A stretch of DNA of 40,805 nucleotides from a virus (lineage: Duplodnaviria > Caudoviricetes): positions 1 through 40,805 of IMG/VR virus record IMGVR_UViG_3300027819_000026. One strand, given 5' to 3'. The position numbers and the translations under genes are program-made. Each line of letters begins with the position of its first letter. Position 1 is the stretch's first letter. Below the pieces are notes generated by a model. The model was given only the letters and a program-made list of their open reading frames with translations, was not told the origin of the DNA and did no database searches. Below, one piece after another: positions 34,262 to 40,805 of this stretch.

Positions 34262-35308
34262 TTAAGCAATCTCGTAGATTGCACAAGCATTGAGTTGGTT
34301 GATACACAACGCGCCGGTGTAGGTCATGCTCTTGAGAAACACAAGCTGGTCGTAAGGGCGTTCTGGTGTCAAAGATTTGTTTTCTTCCATGCTCATTGGA
34401 AAGAGAGTCAGGCGGCGACTGTCGTAAACAACACAACGCTTTGAAAAGCCGTTGTCGTCCAACGATGGATCATAACGGAACGTTCCAAGTCCACGAAGGC
34501 TGATATCAGCAACTCCCAAATCGGTCTTGCCGGAGTTAGCAAAGCCTTCTTGAGTGTAAAGACCTTTTTCGGTCAACTCAGATTCAAGTCCCTCAATGAA
34601 CTCACGCCCACAAACAGCAACATCAGGCCGGCCTAAGTAACGTCGAAGCAAACGAAGCTCGGAACGGAGCGTCTTGCTCAAAGTCTGATTCTGTGGTGAG
34701 ACAGTAATGTTACCTTGATAACGATTCCGCCACCATTGCTTAGTTACTCGGCTTATACCACCAGTTGAACCAACTCCAGGAGTAGTTGTTAACAATGCAG
34801 CAACACCTGGAATCTGGCTTGAGTCTTGTGAACCATCACCCCAAAGCATTGTGTTCATGCTGCGAGCAAAAGATTCTCCAAAGTCAGACAGGCGTTCAAC
34901 CAAGATGTCTGACAAGACTTCAAGTTCAGTTCCGCTACTTTTGGAAGTCTTCTGGTTATCTTCGACATGGATGCCTACTTGCTTCAACTCAGTCCAACTG
35001 ATGACCAAGGAAGCAACCATTTCCTTCCAAGCATAAATAGCACGAATAACGTTCTCAGACTGCTTGAACGTTGCAGCAATGCTATCTGCACCACTATAAC
35101 CGGCGAAGAAGCCAGCCGTGTCAGACATGAACTGGCCTTTGACAGAAAGAGAAACATTGGTCTTGCCAGCGCTAAAGGTCTTTTTCTTTTCGTTCAAAGC
35201 CTTCAGCAAGGGCCGTTCTTGGATTGTTTGAGCTAGGGACTTGCCTCGAATGTATTTGTCGAGAACAAGATCTGCAATGTCGTTTGCCGTTGTGTATGAG
35301 ATTGCCAT
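34262..35308 (-). CDS. major capsid protein
   Basis: 348 aa after scaffold; RPLL, LWGDG, TGGISR...WWRN, YDP, PERPYD, TGAL motifs. Confidence 0.9.
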   Translation of the reverse strand: MAISYTTANDIADLVLDKYIRGKSLAQTIQERPLLKALNEKKKTFSAGKTNVSLSVKGQFMSDTAGFFAGYSGADSIAATFKQSENVIRAIYAWKEMVASLVISWTELKQVGIHVEDNQKTSKSSGTELEVLSDILVERLSDFGESFARSMNTMLWGDGSQDSSQIPGVAALLTTTPGVGSTGGISRVTKQWWRNRYQGNITVSPQNQTLSKTLRSELRLLRRYLGRPDVAVCGREFIEGLESELTEKGLYTQEGFANSGKTDLGVADISLRGLGTFRYDPSLDDNGFSKRCVVYDSRRLTLFPMSMEENKSLTPERPYDQLVFLKSMTYTGALCINQLNACAIYEIA

Positions 35309-35329
35309 AAATAATTTCGTTGTTCGTTG

Positions 35330-36403
35330 TTAACGCCGAGCAGCAAGCTTGGACTTGATGAACTTCAACACAGTCTTGCTATCAAAGCTGTCAAAGTCAG
35401 AGTCTTGCTCTTCGGCAGGAGTTAAAGAACCGTTTAGTTTAACAGGCTTTCGAGAGACTGGTTTTGGAAGAAACTGTTTAACCTGCTCCTTTGCATCCTT
35501 CAAAGCTTTGTCAAGAAGCACTACTGCCTCTGACGATGTTTGAGGATAAGAAGAAGCACAATCAGCTTGGAAGAACTTTGCAATAACAGCCTTAAGTTTG
35601 CCATAGTCTGGATTCTTAAGTTGTTGTTGCTCCCAACTGTTGATTGCAGAGACAATAAGTTGCCGACGCTGTTCAAGAAGTTGCTGCTCGTAAGACTGCC
35701 CGGTTTGTTGAGCCGTCTTGTTTTGCAGACGTAAACGAGCGAGTTCTTTGGCTGAATCCTCGTCGATTAAGGCGTCATCAACCTTCTTTTGCAGGTCAAC
35801 AGGAAGACGTTCTCCTGTAGTGATATCAAGGTCGGTTAGGATTTCACCTAACTTAACTCGAAAAGCTTTTAGGTCAGTCTTTCCTAAAGCAACCAGAGTG
35901 AGAGCTTCACGAAGGTCACTATCGGCGATTTTGTTTTTGGAACAAAAGTCCGAAAGTGCCTTTGCAGATTCAACAAACGGCTTCTCTTGCTCAACTTGAA
36001 CACGAACGGCCTTTAGTTCACGACTTTCCTTGATTAGCTCTTGGAAGCGTGGATGTTTGTTAAATGGAAGTTTTTCGTCAGGGTTGGGCTTGGATTCAGC
36101 TTCTTGTTCAACCTTCTCTTCACCCTCCACCTCTTCCTTCTCAGAATCGGTCTTTTCCTCTTGCTCTTCTTCTGACTTTTCTTCTTGTTCGTCTTGCTCT
36201 TCTTGCTTTTCTTCCTTTACCGTTTCCTCTGTCTGTTCCTGTTCACTGTTGGACCCTTCTTGTTCAGAAGAGCCTAGTTTCTCTTTAAGCACGCCGTCCA
36301 CAAGGGCAGCAAGCTCTAGGTTTGTCGGTTGCGAATCGACCTTGGCGCTTTCGGAAGTTGACGAAGCTTCCGCAGGTTTATCGTCTAAAAGTGTTTCAGG
36401 CAT
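35330..36403 (-). CDS. capsid scaffolding protein
   Basis: Very acidic N-terminus, PFNKHPRFQELI, helical; between portal and MCP. Confidence 0.8.
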   Translation of the reverse strand: MPETLLDDKPAEASSTSESAKVDSQPTNLELAALVDGVLKEKLGSSEQEGSNSEQEQTEETVKEEKQEEQDEQEEKSEEEQEEKTDSEKEEVEGEEKVEQEAESKPNPDEKLPFNKHPRFQELIKESRELKAVRVQVEQEKPFVESAKALSDFCSKNKIADSDLREALTLVALGKTDLKAFRVKLGEILTDLDITTGERLPVDLQKKVDDALIDEDSAKELARLRLQNKTAQQTGQSYEQQLLEQRRQLIVSAINSWEQQQLKNPDYGKLKAVIAKFFQADCASSYPQTSSEAVVLLDKALKDAKEQVKQFLPKPVSRKPVKLNGSLTPAEEQDSDFDSFDSKTVLKFIKSKLAARR

Positions 36404-36415
36404 ACGTCTGTCTTG

Positions 36416-38512
36416 TTAAGCCACTGAACGAGACCCCATCTGCATCATAGACTCTTGTTGTTTCATTGAAGGGCCAGATGCTTGCATTTGTCCATTTCTT
36501 GTTGGTGCAATAGGCTGAGAACGACTGGGCACGGCTCCCTGACCAAGTAATGCGGTAGGAGAAGGACCAAGCGGAAAAGCATCATCCTCAGTAAAGTTTT
36601 CGTCAAGAATCTTAAACATGAGCCGTGCAATCACATGAGGGTTTACGCCGATTGCAATCATGTGCGGGAGCATCAGATTCAAGTTAGACAACTCCAACGC
36701 ACGATTTGGACGCCCACTAGAACCACCAACAACTTTCAACAGAATTTGGTTGATGTAGTCTTCACGATTTAGCTCTGGCCAAACAGCGCCAGGACCAACA
36801 ACACGTTTTACAGTTTCAATAGAAACTTCTCGAATCAAGATTTCGCCACCAGCTTCAGCAAGCTGAGTCAATAAGTCATCTAAGTCATCTACGTTAGAAG
36901 ACTTAGCCACAATACGAGCTTGTTCGTTGATTGTAGCAGCGGTGGCCGTTGCCCGGTCCGAAGCCGGTTGTGGGCCTTGTTCTGTTCCTAGCGATAGGAA
37001 GATGTCTTGTAAGAATGGTTCGGTTTGATAAAGCAATGGATCAATTCGTTCAGTTGGCAATCGACCAAAGATATCACTTGGCTTAGTTCCAGGAGGAAGA
37101 CCTTTCAACCAAAGAATCTCATGCGGGTTTAGGTCTTTCAAGTTTTCCAAGTCAACATCACTTGCTGTTCCTTTAAGACCAACATACCTTGGCGAGCTAG
37201 CAACACGATGATTTGCCAAGGAGTTACGGGACTTGTTCCATTCAACTTGAGCACTTTTAGCTATACGAACATCAGAAGGAGGATAAATTGAAGCTTTACA
37301 ACCTAGCTCAGTCTCAACGTCGTTGAAGGTTAAACAAACCCAAGGCCAAAATTGTTTCGTTTCTGGAAAGGCCGGTTCGGGAGATTGCAAAAAGTCGTTG
37401 AAACCGTCAAGCAGAAAGAAGCTTGTTTTTGTGTCAAGGTCCCAAACCTCGAAGACACAACCAATAGGATCGGCTTGATGTTGAGTAACTATACTCGACG
37501 GATCATTTTCAATGTAGTTTGTTTCCTCAATTGTCGAAGATTCAGACGGGTTTGAATATTTGACAAGTTCAGAGGAAGTAGAGAGGATTTCAGGCCGTTC
37601 AAAGTAAGCAGCAATCGCAGACAGCGGAAGGAAGGTTTGCTGTGCAACCCAACGAGCCCCAACAAAACCCTTTAAGCATCGACAGGCTTTGTCTGGGATG
37701 ATACTTGTTGCTACGGGAAAGTCAAAAGTCAGTCGCTCCTTTACGTCACTCTGCTCTAAGTCTTGAGCCGAGTCTTCAATACTTGAAAACAAGTTGCGAA
37801 GGGTTTCAGTTGCAGGAGTTGGGTTTTGAAGCTTCCCAGATTCAAGCTCTTCAATTATTAACTTTGCTTGCTTAATTCGGTTTTGCAACGTGCTATCTGT
37901 GTCACTAGATGCCCAAAGAGGTTGGTCTTCACGAGTAAAACCAAGACGCACAAATCCAACTCCGGCTGTAACTACACGGCGAACAAGCTGTTTGATCTGA
38001 AGCTTGAAGCTAGGTTTTTGATTGTGAACGTTCCAGCTAAACAAGATGGCAAGTGTGTTGCCAATTTTCTCAAGGTTGTCCTTTTGCATTCGGCCTTGAG
38101 TAAAATCCAAGATAAGAGTCTTTGCGGCAACATCATCGGGATCACCAGCATTACTAACAGATTGTTCAAGGGACTCCATTCGACCATCCCAAACTTCAAA
38201 TTCAAGTCGAGGTTGACGCTCGGCAATGAATTTAGGATCACGGGCGTAGAGAGCAGCTACTTTGTCGTTGACCTGACGATTGAGGAAATTTGCAACGTAG
38301 CGATCTTCTTCGACGATAGAGGTTTGAGCATCCCATTGAATACCAGCGGCAAACTCCATGTCTTGACGCATCCGTTTGAAGTCGCCTTTAAAAAACGAAC
38401 GCGCGGCACGAACCTTTGCAATCCATTCACGGACAAAGGCTTGAACGGACTCAGACGGCTCTCGCCGCTTCAGTTGTCCCTCAATACCAGTTGTGATTGT
38501 CGCCGTTTCCAT
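36416..38512 (-). CDS. portal protein
   Basis: ~700 aa after TerL; FAAGIQW, ALYARDPK, GVGFVRLGF, TATAATI, GSSGRPN; ATG 38512 overlaps the TerL 3' end. Confidence 0.9.
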   Translation of the reverse strand: METATITTGIEGQLKRREPSESVQAFVREWIAKVRAARSFFKGDFKRMRQDMEFAAGIQWDAQTSIVEEDRYVANFLNRQVNDKVAALYARDPKFIAERQPRLEFEVWDGRMESLEQSVSNAGDPDDVAAKTLILDFTQGRMQKDNLEKIGNTLAILFSWNVHNQKPSFKLQIKQLVRRVVTAGVGFVRLGFTREDQPLWASSDTDSTLQNRIKQAKLIIEELESGKLQNPTPATETLRNLFSSIEDSAQDLEQSDVKERLTFDFPVATSIIPDKACRCLKGFVGARWVAQQTFLPLSAIAAYFERPEILSTSSELVKYSNPSESSTIEETNYIENDPSSIVTQHQADPIGCVFEVWDLDTKTSFFLLDGFNDFLQSPEPAFPETKQFWPWVCLTFNDVETELGCKASIYPPSDVRIAKSAQVEWNKSRNSLANHRVASSPRYVGLKGTASDVDLENLKDLNPHEILWLKGLPPGTKPSDIFGRLPTERIDPLLYQTEPFLQDIFLSLGTEQGPQPASDRATATAATINEQARIVAKSSNVDDLDDLLTQLAEAGGEILIREVSIETVKRVVGPGAVWPELNREDYINQILLKVVGGSSGRPNRALELSNLNLMLPHMIAIGVNPHVIARLMFKILDENFTEDDAFPLGPSPTALLGQGAVPSRSQPIAPTRNGQMQASGPSMKQQESMMQMGSRSVA

Positions 38513-39969
38513 TTGTCGCTGTTCTTGAGCCAATCTAATGTCAGTTCTCGCGGTTTGTCAAGCGGAGTTTCAATACGCGGCTTTGAGCCAGAAAACATCG
38601 AATCAAGCCCCTGTCCTAAGCACGATAATGCGTCAACAAAATCATCTTCGTCTGATTTGTCAAACTTCAACAACTGGGTTTTCGCCGCTGGCCACCAAGA
38701 AGCCGTTGAAGGAAACAACACCTTTCCTTGTTGCATCCAAGCACGAATGGACTGGGCACGTTCTCGTTTACGCCTGTTCCCATGTGGAATTTCATCAAAG
38801 AACACAAACAAACGCTCTTGTTGCATTCGCCGCATCCAATAAGGCTTTAACGCGCCGGTTATGTGGTCTTTACCTGCCATCCATGCAAGGGGACTATACA
38901 GACGAAGCATACGAAAGGCTTCTTCATCGAAGTCGATTGTTAGGACTTTGTTTTTCCAAAACAAGTCTGGCAAAATGTAAATGTTGTCGTTGTGGTCAAC
39001 ACGAGCAACAAGTAGAACATCAGAGTCGGACTCTTCACGCTCTGACAAAGCATGGTCACTGGCAAGATAGTGCGAACCGGTTTTAGGCAACTCATGCGGT
39101 AAGTAGGTATGTAGGTGTTCAACGTGGAAGAAGTTGCCGGATTCAGGAGTTGGGTTTTGCTGATATTGACTTGAAAGAACGTCTTGGTTCTTTTGAGCAT
39201 CAGCAACCATACTTGCAGTGAAGTATTCAGGCCAAAGCAATTCACCGGGTTGACGGCCTACAGGGTCATTTGCTTCCGCAAACAAAGGTATGCGAATGTA
39301 GGTCCATTCAGTTCCTTCCTTCTCTAACAAAGTCCCAACAAAGTCTTGGTCATGGTAACGGCTGCTGATTACAATAACAGAGGCGTTAGGTTTAAGCGTT
39401 GGGCGCATATCAAATTCCCACCAATCCCAAACCTTTTCACGAGCTTCTCGACTGTAGGCTTCTTCCTTTGAACCGTAAGGGTCTTCTATGATTGCCAAGT
39501 CTGCTCGAATTCCAAGTACACTACCACCAATGCCAAAACAGCCGAACTTACAGCCGTTAGTTGTTTCCCAGTATTCAACAGAACGGCTATCGGCGGCAAG
39601 TTGGTAGGTTAGAACCTTATCGTTGAGTGCAACACGATTTCGGCTTCGACGTGCAAACTTTGAAGCCAATGTCATGTTGTGAGAACAAACAGCAATCTCA
39701 CTGTTTGGACGTTGTTCGATAAACCAGGGTGGGAATAGGTCTGAAGCGTAGGTTGATTTTGCCGAACCACGCGGCGCACTGATTATGACTCGACGAGACT
39801 GGCCTCTTGTTGCACCCTCAAGAACGTCAAGGTATAGTTTATGATGCCGAGCGGGGACGAAACCGTTAATGAGACACCAGTCGAGTAGGCTTGTTCGAGC
39901 ACGGCGCCGAGCCAAGAACTCTTGTGCTACTGGACTAGTGCCAAGTGTTTGCTCTAAGGTTGAGTCCAC
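38470..39969 (-). CDS. terL: terminase large subunit
   Basis: APRGSAKST Walker A, LAIIEDP Walker B, SRYHDQD, YQQNP, ASDHA and DDFVDA nuclease motifs. Confidence 0.95.
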   Translation of the reverse strand: MDSTLEQTLGTSPVAQEFLARRRARTSLLDWCLINGFVPARHHKLYLDVLEGATRGQSRRVIISAPRGSAKSTYASDLFPPWFIEQRPNSEIAVCSHNMTLASKFARRSRNRVALNDKVLTYQLAADSRSVEYWETTNGCKFGCFGIGGSVLGIRADLAIIEDPYGSKEEAYSREAREKVWDWWEFDMRPTLKPNASVIVISSRYHDQDFVGTLLEKEGTEWTYIRIPLFAEANDPVGRQPGELLWPEYFTASMVADAQKNQDVLSSQYQQNPTPESGNFFHVEHLHTYLPHELPKTGSHYLASDHALSEREESDSDVLLVARVDHNDNIYILPDLFWKNKVLTIDFDEEAFRMLRLYSPLAWMAGKDHITGALKPYWMRRMQQERLFVFFDEIPHGNRRKRERAQSIRAWMQQGKVLFPSTASWWPAAKTQLLKFDKSDEDDFVDALSCLGQGLDSMFSGSKPRIETPLDKPRELTLDWLKNSDKWKRRQSQLVLRDN

Positions 39970-40012
39970 AAATTACTTTAACTGGCAAACAGCCTAACAA
40001 AGTTCGATGTCA

Positions 40013-40046
40013 TGCAAGATGCGCTCCGGGTGTCACGCTGCTTGCT
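40013..40046. promoter_or_regulatory. imperfect inverted repeat resembling back-to-back sigma54 (-24/-12) motifs
   Basis: - strand CGGAGCGCATCTTGCA (GG-N10-GC) pointing to terL; + strand TGTCACGCTGCTTGCT. Confidence 0.35.
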
Positions 40047-40800
40047 AATTTGACATATTTACCGGAACTGTTTCCCGTTGTTTTATGATCTCAGTCAATA
40101 ACTCCTCATCCGTCATTTCTCGTGGGTTCTTTGTTCGCCCGTCTTCAATTGGCTGAGTTGGCATTCCCAGGACTCGATTCATTACAACCTCACCGGCCTT
40201 GATTTGGTCCTTTGTTGCAATACCACCTTCGCCATCGTTGTTGGTTGCGATACGAACTAGGTTCTTGGCCACTCCAGGAAGAGCCTTAACAAAGACTCGT
40301 TCGAATGTTGGCTTGAGGCCGTTGTAGATTACATCTTGCATGGTTTCTTGGTTTCGTTGTTGATTGACTGCTAAACGGACTCCTTGAGAAGTTCGACCAG
40401 TTGAACGAGCAATTTCAGCTATTGTTTCGCCTGTAGCAAACCGGATTGCGGCAGTTCGCTGCCAAGGTCGCTCGTATTTGTATTCTACCATTAACGGACG
40501 TTTAATCAATGGACGAGCAATGTTACCCCAACCAGACTCTAACGCATCTTCCGGCACAAACTCGAAACCGTAGGCCGAATCTTCCCATCGCTCCTCGTCC
40601 AACAAACCGCCGCCTATTTGACTAGAAGGGTCTTTCAACCCTGTCATACAAGGCTCCTGCAACTGCTCGTTTAAACCCTCCGTTAAACACTCGTTTGACC
40701 GCTCCTCCGATTGCTTCGCAATCGCCGACCGATTGGACATTGAACTTTCCAAGGTAGATGCCGAGTCTGTCCCACTGTCATCCAACTGCGCCTTCAACAC
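40045..40800 (-). CDS. putative terminase small subunit (HTH); start uncertain, frame open to the window edge
   Basis: GETIAEIARSTGRTSQGV HTH, DQIKAGEVVMNRVLG, REMTDEELL; directly upstream of terL. Confidence 0.7.
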   Translation of the reverse strand: MLKAQLDDSGTDSASTLESSMSNRSAIAKQSEERSNECLTEGLNEQLQEPCMTGLKDPSSQIGGGLLDEERWEDSAYGFEFVPEDALESGWGNIARPLIKRPLMVEYKYERPWQRTAAIRFATGETIAEIARSTGRTSQGVRLAVNQQRNQETMQDVIYNGLKPTFERVFVKALPGVAKNLVRIATNNDGEGGIATKDQIKAGEVVMNRVLGMPTQPIEDGRTKNPREMTDEELLTEIIKQRETVPVNMSN

Positions 40801-40805
40801 CGACT

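Noticed and set aside
36100-36290. TCT/TTC-rich low-complexity tract
   Set aside because: Explained by the Glu-rich scaffold N-terminus
37868-38842. 324-aa + strand ORF
   Set aside because: Antisense shadow of portal/terL with no recognisable motifs
1-40805. Terminal repeats, integrase/att site, tRNAs, T7-like RNA polymerase, reverse transcriptase/DGR
   Set aside because: None recognised; the window ends do not match each other and no corresponding motifs were seen

Overview
Most of the genome of a dsDNA tailed phage with podovirus-like organisation; it appears truncated at the left edge and possibly at the right. The left arm (+ strand, 1-12705) holds small early genes, an XRE HTH regulator, a Cas4-like nuclease/Sak4-like ATPase/SSB-like module, a DEDDh exonuclease, a UDG + family A DNA polymerase split into two genes, and a DUF3987-like ATPase. 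The right arm (- strand, 40800-12741) holds TerS, TerL, portal, scaffold, major capsid, decoration/fibre proteins, adaptor, a string of small exported proteins and lipoproteins, a split tail nozzle and ejection proteins. I recognise no RNA polymerase, integrase, primase, endolysin, tRNA or CRISPR. Most striking observation: four virion-type proteins (the gene right after the capsid gene, a lectin-tipped fibre and two paralogous tail fibres) carry Sec-type signal peptides and, like the nearby lipoproteins, are enriched in a Thr-Asn dipeptide that non-exported structural proteins largely lack. This suggests appendages exported, and perhaps modified, in the periplasm. Other highlights: a 45-aa gene hidden out of frame in the giant ejection-protein gene, a repeat-flanked GNAT cassette in that gene, a ~220-nt highly structured intergenic RNA, and a PolA with Trp at the 762 position. 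All calls come from reading motifs by eye; no searches were run.
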